Origin: Candidatus Undinarchaeales archaeon
Lineage (GTDB): Archaea; SpSt-1190; JASMDC01
Direction of reading: 5' to 3'
Length of the DNA: 64,000 nucleotides
Assembly: GCA_030753015.1 (NCBI GenBank)
Contig: JASMDC010000006.1
Span: forward strand, 64,001-128,000
How positions within the stretch are numbered: position 1 is the first letter of the stretch; each line of letters opens with the position of its first letter. The notes under the pieces were generated by a model. The model was not told the origin of the DNA, did no database searches, and worked only from the letters and a program-made list of their open reading frames with translations. Shown here in pieces: positions 1 through 9,541 of this stretch. The position numbers were made by a program, and so were the translations under genes.

Positions 1-1
1 G

Positions 2-118
2 AAGGCGGTAGCAAAGAAGGCGGCGCCCAAGAAGAAGGCCTCCACCAAGAAAACCGCTACGAAGAAAGCGGTCTCTAAGAAGAAGGCTTCGAAGAAGAGG
101 ACCTCGAAGAAGAAGTAG
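2..118 (+). CDS. 3' end of a gene with a Lys/Ala-rich, histone H1-like C-terminal tail (partial)
   Basis: Frame 2 reads KAVAKKAAPKKKASTKKTATKKAVSKKKASKKRTSKKK, then TAG at 116-118; the gene starts before the window. Confidence 0.7.
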   Translation, partial: KAVAKKAAPKKKASTKKTATKKAVSKKKASKKRTSKKK

Positions 119-167
119 CTTCTTGTGGAGTGTTACGGTCAGGCCGTCCGATCCTTTTATTGGAACA

Positions 168-422
168 TCACTCGGACGCTTTCTTTTTCTTCTCGATCAT
201 CTTCATCATCTCTTCGTAGATCTCGTCCCCAACGCACTCCTTGGCGTACTTGCACCATTCGACACAGGACATAGAATCATTGTACACGGTGAATCCGCAC
301 TCCATGCAGTCCATCTTGGCGTCCGTAGTGAACAGTTCTATTTCCTCGCCACACTCAGGGCAGGTCTTTAAGATGATGGATGGGCGTCGTAGCTTCTCTG
401 CTCCAGGGCATTTGTCCAACAT
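168..422 (-). CDS. Small Cys-rich zinc-ribbon-like protein (84 aa)
   Basis: MLDKCPG...CPECG...CMECG...SCVEWCKYAKEC; ATG at 422 is preceded by a GGAGTGA RBS (the ORF-track start at 494 lies in AT-rich promoter DNA). Confidence 0.75.
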   Translation of the reverse strand: MLDKCPGAEKLRRPSIILKTCPECGEEIELFTTDAKMDCMECGFTVYNDSMSCVEWCKYAKECVGDEIYEEMMKMIEKKKKASE

Positions 423-485
423 GACTATCACTCCTTCGTGCACAGACCGTGTAAATAACATAAAACTTACATGGTTGTACAGCAA

Positions 486-503
486 ATATAACAATAGTTA
501 TAT
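486..503. promoter_or_regulatory. Perfect inverted repeat ATATAAC-N4-GTTATAT, candidate operator
   Basis: Read directly; lies in the AT-rich spacer upstream of the zinc-ribbon gene. Confidence 0.4.
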
Positions 504-543
504 CCCGTTGTTCAAATACTTGCCCTTTGTGTTTCTTCCGACC

Positions 544-1473
544 TCACGACTGGGAGAAGACCTCTCGTAGCACTTCGAGGTTGAGCCGACCGGCGCTGTA
601 AACCTTTCCTGCAGCAAGGTCGTTGACCGTGACCTTGGCAGGGGCGAAGATGTCGTGATCCATCTTGTAGAAGTCCTTCCCCGCCTCCTTGAACAACTGC
701 TCGAACCGCTTACCATAGCTCTTGGAGCCCGTGGAAACGACCTTGTCGGTGAGCTCCTGGCTGAAGCCGTCGATGAAGTACAGGTTGTCGCCCCCGTAGA
801 TGAGGGAGTCGTTCGTGGCCCCCATGGCAGCAAGCCCCTTGTACACGGGTGCTAGCGGGGATACGCCGAAGGCCGAGACGACCTTCCGCACGTCGAACTT
901 GAGCACGTCGAGCATCCGGAACGTGCCCATCTCGAGCGTCCGGCTCGCCAGCTGGACCGATGAGGTTATGCTGTCTGTCCGCGCCACGAGCATGTGGACA
1001 TCTCGTGGTTTGATACCACACTCCTCGGCGACCGTCCCCGCCACATCGTCACTCGGGAGCGAACTTGCTTCCAGGCAGAGCACAGCCACATCGTCGTCCT
1101 CGCGCTGACGGTCGATGACCTCGTACACGTCCTTGGGCTTGAGGGCCAGTGCCCTGGCCGGGCCCGAGCCCATACCGAAGAACTTACCCGCGACCACCTG
1201 CCATCCTGCCATCTGCGAGGCTATGGTGGCCGTCGTCGGGTGGTCGGTGCGAACCTCGACCACGGGGTACGTCAGGTCCTCCTCGTGTCTGGTTGACAGC
1301 TGAACCTCGGCGAGCCCCCCCATGGTGACCTTGGCGAACAGTAGCCCCGCCTGAACGCTCCCTTTCCATGTCACACCACAGTCGATTACCGTGGCGCCGC
1401 ATTCAAGTGTCTGGGTAGGGCACCTCTCCTTCAACTGCTCGACGAGCCCGAGGACGCTTTCGTTGAGTCCCAT
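544..1473 (-). CDS. mch: Methenyl-H4MPT cyclohydrolase
   Basis: GATVIDCGV, TDHP..A.IASQMAGW, MGSGPARALA, MGATND..IYGG, IFAPA motifs. Confidence 0.95.
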   Translation of the reverse strand: MGLNESVLGLVEQLKERCPTQTLECGATVIDCGVTWKGSVQAGLLFAKVTMGGLAEVQLSTRHEEDLTYPVVEVRTDHPTTATIASQMAGWQVVAGKFFGMGSGPARALALKPKDVYEVIDRQREDDDVAVLCLEASSLPSDDVAGTVAEECGIKPRDVHMLVARTDSITSSVQLASRTLEMGTFRMLDVLKFDVRKVVSAFGVSPLAPVYKGLAAMGATNDSLIYGGDNLYFIDGFSQELTDKVVSTGSKSYGKRFEQLFKEAGKDFYKMDHDIFAPAKVTVNDLAAGKVYSAGRLNLEVLREVFSQS

Positions 1474-1494
1474 TATGTGAACCTCCCTGGTCCG

Positions 1495-2304
1495 TCATCC
1501 AGTCCGAACGAACACCTCGCCCTTTCCTTTACCGGAGATATCTCCTTCGTACCTGGCGAAGAGAGCTCCGATTTGCTCCTCTGCGAGCGGTAATCCGTTG
1601 CCTTTCAGCTGCTGCAGGAGCTCCCCGACGTGAGAGGGGCGATCGGTCCCTTGGGGGATGAACGTGGGGAGTAGCTGCGGGGGGGTGAGGGCGATGATGG
1701 TGCCCCCATCCATAGCGGCACCGGCCCGCCCGCCAAGAGCACCGAGGCACACGATGGTGCCACCGGTCATGAGCGTCCCAGCGAAGGTCCCCAAGCTACC
1801 TGCGACGGCGATCGTACCGCCGCACATCAGCTCCCCGACCTCATCGCCTGCGTTTCCTTCGATGATGATACTGCCGCCCGCCATACCGGTCTTCGAGCCC
1901 CGGTAGCCGGCCCCGGCGAGGTTGCCAGTGTTGCCCTTGACATGAATGAGGCCGTCCTTCATCTCGGCGCCGAGCCAGTCCCCGACATCTCCGTGGACGA
2001 CGATTCTACCGCCGTCCATCTCTGTGCCGAGGTGCATCCCGGCGTTCCCGTGGATGGTGATGAGGCCGGTGGTCATCCGTGCTCCGATGTGCTTGACCGC
2101 GCTGACATCGCCCTCGATGACGATCTCGTCCTCCTCGCCTGATGGATCGATCTCGAACAGCTGGCTCAGCGGCTTCCGCTTGTTCCCCCACAGCACCTCG
2201 AGCTTTCCCAGCTCCTTCGCGGGCCGGGCGGCGAAGACATCGGGTGATATGCATTCTGCCTCGACTGGTATCGTGAACGCGACCTTTGGTCTGAGAACGA
2301 CCAT
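1495..2304 (-). CDS. fwdC: Formylmethanofuran dehydrogenase subunit C (copy 2)
   Basis: VEAECISPD, GXGXG beta-helix repeats, GYRGS..GM.GG, YEGD...KGKGE. Confidence 0.93.
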   Translation of the reverse strand: MVVLRPKVAFTIPVEAECISPDVFAARPAKELGKLEVLWGNKRKPLSQLFEIDPSGEEDEIVIEGDVSAVKHIGARMTTGLITIHGNAGMHLGTEMDGGRIVVHGDVGDWLGAEMKDGLIHVKGNTGNLAGAGYRGSKTGMAGGSIIIEGNAGDEVGELMCGGTIAVAGSLGTFAGTLMTGGTIVCLGALGGRAGAAMDGGTIIALTPPQLLPTFIPQGTDRPSHVGELLQQLKGNGLPLAEEQIGALFARYEGDISGKGKGEVFVRTG

Positions 2305-3924
2305 CTAGATCCCTCCGCACCGTACGGCTTCCCCACGCGGCAGGTACTCGGCCTGCACGGGGTAGTTTTCCAATGTCATCGTGTAGTACTTCGCGAACAC
2401 CTGACGGTCCTCGTCGGTGAGCTCTCCACCGGCGTCTATCCAGTAGGTCTTGCCCTCGGGTGTGGCGACCACCTCCCCGTTCTTCACGACGATCCTTCCG
2501 TCCTTGATCGTGTAGACCGTGCGTTTGAACGATCCCTCTATGTCGTCCTCCGAGAAACGGTAGATGGCCAGGTCGGCGTCGGCCCCGATACCGAGATGCC
2601 CCTTTCCCTTGAGCCCGAGCGTCTTGGCAGTGGCCGCTCGCGTGATCACAGCGATCTCATAGAGCGAGTACTCCCTATCGAGGCTCGCCAGTATCGCCCG
2701 AGCAGCCGCGGCCTTGTGGATCGTGCCAAGGGTGGTCTCTCGCTCCTTCTTGCTCATCAACCAAGAGATGATCTTCGGGTAGTGGTAGAATGGACCACCG
2801 TTGGGGTGGTCGGTTGTGAGGCTGACCTTCCACGGATCCGTGATCATGAGCGCGACCTCGAGCCCGATGGCCCATTGCACAGCGTTGACCGGGTTCCTCT
2901 CCAGGTACCGGTACGGGACGATGCCGGCCCCGGTCTCCATCTCTACGTCCGCGTTGATCCACTTGTTCCCTGTCAGCCGGTACAGGTGGTGCTGTGCGGG
3001 ACCGTCGGCGGTCATGGTGGTGGTCTCGTCGAACAGGACCTGTCCCATGTCACACGTCACGTGGTCACACCGGTTGATCAACTTCGCGATCTCGGCCATT
3101 CCGGAACCGAAGTCCTTCCATCCCTCGCCGGTGTATGCCTGGAACTGCAGGTGTGTGAGGTGGATCCTGTCCTTGACCGCGTTGATCGTCTCGATGGTGG
3201 TCTCGTAGTTACCGGGCATCCCCAGATTGTTGGCGTGCACGTGGATGGGGTGAGGAAGCCCCATCTCATCGTTCGCCCTGGCGAGGCCCGCAAGCACCTC
3301 CCGCGGTGTGACGTCGTAGTTGTCCACGGGATCGTCGAGGCTTTCCACGTCACGGCCCCACTTCCAGTTCTCCACGCCACCGGGATTCACAAGTTTCACC
3401 GCGTACCCCTTCGATGCACCCAGGAACCAGGCAATGGTGTTCTTGAGGTTCTCCCGATCCCCCTCCTTGATATAATGCATGACGAAGTGGTTATTTCCCA
3501 AGAGGGTGTAGGCGGCCTTGTCCAGGATGGGCGTGTCGTTCAGCTCCTCGTGCGTATGCCGGGCTGATAGCGGAGTGATCGCGGGCTCCATCACCGTCGT
3601 GTACCCCATGGTCGCGTAACGGTACCCCGTCACGTAGGTCGTCGGGATCGAGTACCCGGTCCCCGCGCGCGTGACCGCGGTCTTCGGTACCGGGTCCTTG
3701 CGATGGTCCTCCGGTCTGAACAACCGGCCAAGGTTCACCTTCCCTCCAGAGATGTGGGTGTGGATGTCAAGGCCGCCTGGAAAGACGATGAGACCCGTGG
3801 CATCGATGACTTTTCCCTTCGCCTCCTCGACGATCTTTCCGTCCTTGATGAAGATGTCCATCTTCTCCCCGTCGATCCCGTTCGCGGGATCGTACACGGT
3901 GCCGTTCTCTATGACCAGGCTCAT
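2305..3924 (-). CDS. fwdA: Formylmethanofuran dehydrogenase subunit A (copy 2)
   Basis: Amidohydrolase fold: DIHTH, GRLFRPEDH, KLVNPGG, HVHANNLG, TTDHPNGGPF. Confidence 0.96.
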   Translation of the reverse strand: MSLVIENGTVYDPANGIDGEKMDIFIKDGKIVEEAKGKVIDATGLIVFPGGLDIHTHISGGKVNLGRLFRPEDHRKDPVPKTAVTRAGTGYSIPTTYVTGYRYATMGYTTVMEPAITPLSARHTHEELNDTPILDKAAYTLLGNNHFVMHYIKEGDRENLKNTIAWFLGASKGYAVKLVNPGGVENWKWGRDVESLDDPVDNYDVTPREVLAGLARANDEMGLPHPIHVHANNLGMPGNYETTIETINAVKDRIHLTHLQFQAYTGEGWKDFGSGMAEIAKLINRCDHVTCDMGQVLFDETTTMTADGPAQHHLYRLTGNKWINADVEMETGAGIVPYRYLERNPVNAVQWAIGLEVALMITDPWKVSLTTDHPNGGPFYHYPKIISWLMSKKERETTLGTIHKAAAARAILASLDREYSLYEIAVITRAATAKTLGLKGKGHLGIGADADLAIYRFSEDDIEGSFKRTVYTIKDGRIVVKNGEVVATPEGKTYWIDAGGELTDEDRQVFAKYYTMTLENYPVQAEYLPRGEAVRCGGI

Positions 3925-5651
3925 GATCTCACCCTCTCGATAATTTTCTCAAGAACTACCTTATCGGGCAGCTGGTCGGACTCGACCACCTTTCTAAGCC
4001 TGATAGGGATGCCGTCCATCCTGTAGGCTGTACCCTCGCACTCGATGCCGGCGATCGCTGAGGGGATCAGGACATCGGCGATGGACGAGGTGAGGTTGTG
4101 CTTCGGATCGATGATGATGGTGGGGATGTTCGCCAGATGCTCGACCGCTTCCCGTGGGAAGTGGGCGGCTGGGTCCGAGGAGATGATCAAAGCGGCATCG
4201 CACTCCTTTCGTGTCAGCATGTCGACGGCCGAGAACTCTCCCGGATTGTACACAGGGTAGCCTCGTGAGAGGTTGACAGCGAAAGGATAGCCTGTGATCC
4301 ACGTCATGACCGTGTTGATCCCCGTCACATTGTAATGGCCTCGCATAGGGAGGATGGTGAACTTCGTATGGTCGTTCAGGTCCCTGACCAGGCGTAGCGC
4401 CGCGTTGACGTTCATGTGGCGGCCCGCGGACATGGTGAGCCCCAGGCCGAAGAAGATGATCCCGAACTTGCAGCTCTTCATCCGCTCGGCCAGCTCCTTG
4501 ATGGTGCTGGCCGGGACACCGCCAACGTCACCCACGTCGTGCCCCTTGAGCGTGGCACGCAATGCGGATAGCAGCTCGTAGTCCTGGCCCTGCCTGACCT
4601 TGATGAACTGGTCCGCCAGCCGGTATGTATACTTCCATCGGGAGTCCACCTGGGAGGTCTTGGTCTCACGCACGTCCACGTGGACGATGGTGCGGTCCTT
4701 CCTTCCTTCAGTGGTGAACATGCCCTCGGGCGTTCCGGAATATCGTGTGATATGCCTGATGTGGGCCTCGGCGGGATTACATCCCCAGTAGACCACGAGG
4801 TCCGCCCGGTTCCGCACCTCACCGAGAGTGCACTTCGACACCCCGACGTCCTGAGCGGCCATCACGGTCGGTCCGTGGCACACGGAGGACGTGTTGTCGA
4901 TGGTCGCCCCGAGCAGTTCTGCGAGCTCGATGGCGCGCCGCTGGGCGTCGGACTCGGTGGAACTGAGGCCGTAGATCAGAGGGAAGTCCGCGCTTTTCAG
5001 GATCTCGGCGGCCTTGTCCAAGGCCTCATCGAGGGGAACGTCCACGAGCTTCCCCTTCTTCCTCACAGCGGGCTTCGCCCGGTCACGGTCCCAGTTGACG
5101 AATCTGCTCCTCGCGATGTCGCACCCCACCTCCATGTCCCTGACCATTCCTTTGCACATCACGAGCTCCACGTCGTCGCACAGGCAGCCGCAGAAGGGGC
5201 AGACAACGTCGGTCATGATCGACCGCTCGTCCTCGGGGGGGAGTGGAGGGGGAGGCGTCTGGTCGGGCGCTTGGGCGATCTTCTCCTTAAAAGGGAGAAG
5301 GTCGTTGAGCGTGGTCGGTCCGTCCTCGGTCTTCGAAAGCTCGATCCACACACCCTTGAACCGCGGCATACCGGTACCCCCGGTGTCCCCGCCGATGAGG
5401 GCGTTGGCCCAAGGGCCTACTGGTATGAACACGTTGCCCCGGTCGAGCTGGCCTTTACTTGCCCGGACCACCACCGAACCTGATCCCGTGGTAATCTTGA
5501 CCGGAGCGTTCTCCGTGATACCCAGGTCATCCATGTCATCCCCGTTCATGAACGCCACGGCAACCTCCTCGTAGTACTCCGACGAGGTCTTTCCGACCTC
5601 GAGGGCAATACCCTGACCGACCGTCCTGCCCGTGTTCAACATGCATCTCAT
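3921..5651 (-). CDS. fwdDB: Fused formylmethanofuran dehydrogenase subunits D and B (FwdD::FwdB)
   Basis: N-terminal ~120 aa are FwdD (LNTGRTVGQG, GPWANAL, GTGMPRFKG); a Pro-rich linker follows; then FwdB (CPFCGCLCDD, SSVCHGP, WGCNP..AH.RH, PMRGHYNV, GTAYRMDG). Confidence 0.93.
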   Translation of the reverse strand: MRCMLNTGRTVGQGIALEVGKTSSEYYEEVAVAFMNGDDMDDLGITENAPVKITTGSGSVVVRASKGQLDRGNVFIPVGPWANALIGGDTGGTGMPRFKGVWIELSKTEDGPTTLNDLLPFKEKIAQAPDQTPPPPLPPEDERSIMTDVVCPFCGCLCDDVELVMCKGMVRDMEVGCDIARSRFVNWDRDRAKPAVRKKGKLVDVPLDEALDKAAEILKSADFPLIYGLSSTESDAQRRAIELAELLGATIDNTSSVCHGPTVMAAQDVGVSKCTLGEVRNRADLVVYWGCNPAEAHIRHITRYSGTPEGMFTTEGRKDRTIVHVDVRETKTSQVDSRWKYTYRLADQFIKVRQGQDYELLSALRATLKGHDVGDVGGVPASTIKELAERMKSCKFGIIFFGLGLTMSAGRHMNVNAALRLVRDLNDHTKFTILPMRGHYNVTGINTVMTWITGYPFAVNLSRGYPVYNPGEFSAVDMLTRKECDAALIISSDPAAHFPREAVEHLANIPTIIIDPKHNLTSSIADVLIPSAIAGIECEGTAYRMDGIPIRLRKVVESDQLPDKVVLEKIIERVRS

Positions 5652-8092
5652 CAGTCACCACCTCCTAGGGCTTTCTCGAAGGCTTTCTTCGTCTTGTCCA
5701 GTTCTTCCTTCGTCACGTTCTCGACGATGGTATGCATCTGTTCGATCGTGTCAGCGAACATCTGGCCCTCGGCGGCGGAGAACCATCCCAGGTGCAACCG
5801 GTTCTTGTCAAGACCCAGCTTATCCATCCTCTTCCAGAAGCGCTCCACACGCTTCTTGGCATAATGATTGGCGTCGATGTAGTGACAGTCGCCGATGTGG
5901 CAGCCCGAGACGAGCACCGTGGCGACCCCCCGTGCGAAGGCCCGCTCGATGAACTTCTTGGCCATCCTCCCCGAGCACATCATCCTGATTATGCGCACGC
6001 TGGTGGGGTACTGCATCCGGCTCACTCCCGCGAAGTCCGCTCCCGCATAGGAGCACCAGTTGCAGCAGAACGCCAGGATCTTCTTGTCGGCGTCCTCCGC
6101 GGTGGCCGCGTCGATCTGGGAGAAGATCTGCTCGTCGGTGAAGTGGCGCATGACCAAGGCGGCTGAGGGACATTCCGCTCCGCAGGTGCCGCACCCGTGG
6201 CACGCGGCCTCGATGATCGTAATCTTCTTAGTCTTCTTGTCGAAGGCGATGGCGTTGTAGGGGCAGACCTTGGCGCACAGGCCGCAACCTATGCACTTCT
6301 CGTCGATCAGCTTCGGCGTGATTGCCTCCACCTTCACCTTTCCCTTGGCCATGAGGATGCTCGCGCGGGCAGCCGCGGCGCTGGCCTGGGTCACACTGTC
6401 CTTGATGGCCTTGGGTGATTCTGCGGTCCCGGCGAAGAAGATACCGCCGGTGGGCGCGTCCACCGGCCGGAGCTGTGGGTGCGCTTCCATGAAGAATCCG
6501 TCCGCGGTCCGGGACAGGTTGAAGAGGCGCTGGATCTTGTCGGCGTCCTCCCCGGGCTTCAGACCGATGGACAGGATCACCATCCCTGTGTCGATCTGGT
6601 ACAACTCCTTTTGAAGGGTGTTCTCTCCGACTAGACGCAGGTCCCCTCCCTTGCGCTCGAAGATCTCGGCGGGTAGCCCGCGGATGAATATAACGCCCGC
6701 GGCCTTCGCCCGCCTGAAGAGGTCCTCGTATCCCTTGCCGAAGCACCGCATGTCCACGAAGAACACGTAGATCTTGGTGTCAGGCCAGTGCTCCTTGATG
6801 AGCAGGGCGTCCTTGATGGAGTTCATGCAGCATACGCTGCTGCAGTAGGGCAGGCCGCATTTCTCGGATCGCGAGCCCACGCACTGGACGAACGCCACCG
6901 ACTCCGGTATCGCCCGGTCGCTGGGCCGTATCAGATGACCTCCGGAAGGCCCGCCGGCGTTGATCAGGCGCTCGAACTCAAGCGATGTAAGGACGTTCGG
7001 GAACCGACCGTAGCCGTACATCTTCAGGGGAGAGGGATCGTACACATCCGCGCCGGTTGCGATGATGACGGTGCCCACATCGAGTTCGACCTTCTCGGGC
7101 TCCTGCCGGAGGTCGATCACCCCCGCACCCGAGGCCTTGCACACCCTCACGCATTCGTGGCACCGTATGCAGCTGTCCATGTCCACGATAAAGGTCGATG
7201 GCACTGCCTGGGCGAAGGGCGTGTAGATGGCCTTCCGCGGGGCGAAGCCTGTGTCGAACTTGTTGGGGACCTGGACCGGGCAAACCTTGGCGCAGTCCCC
7301 GCAGGCCTTGCACTCCTCCACGACGTACCGGGGCCTCTTCAGGACCGTCGCCGTGAAGTTCCCGATGTACCCTTTAACGTCAACGACCTCGCTGTTGGCC
7401 ATGAGCTCGATGTTCGGGTGTCGGCCCACGTCGGACATCACCGGCGCGAGGATGCAGATGGAGCAGTCCAGTGTGGGGAAGGTCTTGTCGATCTGGGCCA
7501 TCCTGCCCCCGATGCTGGGCTCCTTCTCCACGAGGTAGACCTTGTATCCTGTGTCAGCTAGGTCGAGAGCGGCCTGTAGCCCGGCGACCCCGCCACCGAC
7601 GATCAGGGTCTTCCTTATCACGGGGACCTCGAGCTCCACCTGGGGCCTGAGCAGGGATACCTTGGCCACCGCCATCCTGACCAGATCCTTGGCTTTCTGG
7701 GTGCCTTTCTCCTTCTCATATAGGTGGACCCAGCTGCAGTGGTCCCGAATGTTGGCCATCTCAAACAGGTATTTGTTCAACCCGGCCGCCTCACAGGCCT
7801 TTCGGAAGGTGGGCTCGTGGAGACGGGGGGTGCAGGATGCGACAACGACCCTGTTCAATTTTTCCTCCTTGATGTCGGTCCTGATTTCATCCTGCCCCGG
7901 GTCCGAGCAGCAGTACCTGTTGGTCTTCGCAACGACGACGTTCGGGAGCGTGGACGCGAACTTGGCGACGCCCTCAACGTCAACGGACCCGGCGATGTTC
8001 AGACCGCAGTGGCACACGAACACGCCCACTCGGATCTCGTTGTCATCACTGGAGGGTTCAGATGTCTTCTTGCTCGCTTTTCCTTTTGCCAC
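5651..8092 (-). CDS. hdrA: Heterodisulfide reductase subunit A with C-terminally fused MvhD (HdrA::MvhD)
   Basis: VFVCHCG.NIAG, NIRDHCSWVH, GGGVAG (FAD), DKTFPTLDC, LEFER, YCSSVCCM..IK, ferredoxin motifs, then MvhD motifs FCCNWCSY, MCSGR, GCHIGDCHY. Confidence 0.95.
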   Translation of the reverse strand: MAKGKASKKTSEPSSDDNEIRVGVFVCHCGLNIAGSVDVEGVAKFASTLPNVVVAKTNRYCCSDPGQDEIRTDIKEEKLNRVVVASCTPRLHEPTFRKACEAAGLNKYLFEMANIRDHCSWVHLYEKEKGTQKAKDLVRMAVAKVSLLRPQVELEVPVIRKTLIVGGGVAGLQAALDLADTGYKVYLVEKEPSIGGRMAQIDKTFPTLDCSICILAPVMSDVGRHPNIELMANSEVVDVKGYIGNFTATVLKRPRYVVEECKACGDCAKVCPVQVPNKFDTGFAPRKAIYTPFAQAVPSTFIVDMDSCIRCHECVRVCKASGAGVIDLRQEPEKVELDVGTVIIATGADVYDPSPLKMYGYGRFPNVLTSLEFERLINAGGPSGGHLIRPSDRAIPESVAFVQCVGSRSEKCGLPYCSSVCCMNSIKDALLIKEHWPDTKIYVFFVDMRCFGKGYEDLFRRAKAAGVIFIRGLPAEIFERKGGDLRLVGENTLQKELYQIDTGMVILSIGLKPGEDADKIQRLFNLSRTADGFFMEAHPQLRPVDAPTGGIFFAGTAESPKAIKDSVTQASAAAARASILMAKGKVKVEAITPKLIDEKCIGCGLCAKVCPYNAIAFDKKTKKITIIEAACHGCGTCGAECPSAALVMRHFTDEQIFSQIDAATAEDADKKILAFCCNWCSYAGADFAGVSRMQYPTSVRIIRMMCSGRMAKKFIERAFARGVATVLVSGCHIGDCHYIDANHYAKKRVERFWKRMDKLGLDKNRLHLGWFSAAEGQMFADTIEQMHTIVENVTKEELDKTKKAFEKALGGGD

Positions 8093-8097
8093 GGTCC

Positions 8098-9513
8098 TCA
8101 GCTCCCCTCCGTTCTGTCTGCGAGATACTTGTCGATCGACGTGGCAGCCCGCTTTCCGGCAATGATCGCCTCCATCGCCGAGGCGGGGCCCGACACCGCG
8201 TCCCCCCCGGCGAACACGATGGACCGGCTCGTCTCCATGCTGAACGGATCTGCGATGATTGTGCCCCTTCCAGCGAGCTTGAACGCTCTCAGGATCCCGG
8301 GATCCAATGTCATTCCGATAGCGACTATGATGGAATCAGCCTCCACGACGGACTCCGTACCGGACTCGACCTTCGGGCAGAAGAAACCCAAGGGGTCGAG
8401 CACCGAAAGGCACTTCAGGCTCTCCACACCCGTACATCGTCCGTTCGCCCCGATGATCCGCGTAGGCATCCTGGCGGGATGGAGGACAACACCCTCTTTA
8501 ACGGCCTCCTCGATCTCAGGCCCGAACGCAGGCATCTCCTGCCGTGATTCACCACAGACGATGTGTGCCTCCTTGGCACCGAGCCGCAATACGGTCCGGG
8601 CCGCGTCCATGGCCACATTACCGCCCCCGATGATCACAACCTTGTCCCCGAGATCGAACCGAGTGCCCGTCTTCGTTCCACTCAGGAAGCCGAGTACATC
8701 GAATACACCTTCCAGGTCCTCGCCAGCGATACCGATCCTCCTGCTCATGTGGAGACCGGTTGCGACGAACACCGCTTGGTAGCCCTCCTCTAGGAGGTCG
8801 TCGAGTTCGGGGGCCTTGGTACCGGTCCTGATGTCCACGCCCCGGTTCTCGATCCGCTGGATGTCGGCGTCGAGCGCCTTTGAGGGCAGCCTGAACTCGG
8901 GTATACACCTTCTCGGCATGCCTCCAGCCTCGGGTAGGCATTCGAACACCGTGACGGGATACCCTTTCCCGGCCAGTTCCCAAGCGGCCGTGAGCCCCGC
9001 AGGACCAGAACCGACGATGGCGATCCTCTCGTCATGGGTGATGGGGGGTGGTTCCTCCCCTTTGATCATGCGTTCATATTCGGTGATGAAGCTCTCGAGC
9101 GCTTCGGCGACCTGCGGTTTTTCCACGTGGCCGTGAAGGGGATTGAAGCAGATATAAGTGCATACCGCGGGCAGGGGCATTTCGTTCTTGATGATTTCCT
9201 GGGCCTCCTTGAACGCCTCAAGGTGTCCCCTCTCGGCCGCAGCGTCCTTCATCTGCAGGAGGAGCTCTGGCACCGCGAGTCCTTGGGGGCATCGCCGGTG
9301 ACACCGGTAGCACCAGGCGCACAGCCAGATGGCCGTACCATTCATGACCTTCTCAGGATCGAACGGGAGCCCTTGGAGAAGGCTCCGGGGATTGTAGTGA
9401 TGAGGGAGCAGCTCCATCATTGGGCAGCTCGCGGTGCAGACACCGCACTGGAAACAGAATTTCAGTTGATCAGTCTCCAGTAGCTCCTTTAGGATCTCGT
9501 CGTTCGTTCCCAT
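8098..9513 (-). CDS. HdrC-like 2x[4Fe-4S] domain fused to a GltD/NfnB-family FAD/NAD(P) oxidoreductase
   Basis: N-terminal CFQCGVCTASCP...NPR...IWLCAWCYRCHRRCPQG (HdrC signature); then GSGPAG, IPEFRLP, GGGNVAMDAAR, FAGGD. ATG at 9513 has a GAGGAG RBS. Confidence 0.88.
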   Translation of the reverse strand: MGTNDEILKELLETDQLKFCFQCGVCTASCPMMELLPHHYNPRSLLQGLPFDPEKVMNGTAIWLCAWCYRCHRRCPQGLAVPELLLQMKDAAAERGHLEAFKEAQEIIKNEMPLPAVCTYICFNPLHGHVEKPQVAEALESFITEYERMIKGEEPPPITHDERIAIVGSGPAGLTAAWELAGKGYPVTVFECLPEAGGMPRRCIPEFRLPSKALDADIQRIENRGVDIRTGTKAPELDDLLEEGYQAVFVATGLHMSRRIGIAGEDLEGVFDVLGFLSGTKTGTRFDLGDKVVIIGGGNVAMDAARTVLRLGAKEAHIVCGESRQEMPAFGPEIEEAVKEGVVLHPARMPTRIIGANGRCTGVESLKCLSVLDPLGFFCPKVESGTESVVEADSIIVAIGMTLDPGILRAFKLAGRGTIIADPFSMETSRSIVFAGGDAVSGPASAMEAIIAGKRAATSIDKYLADRTEGS

Positions 9514-9541
9514 CGTTACTCCTCGATACAGCTGTAGGGGA

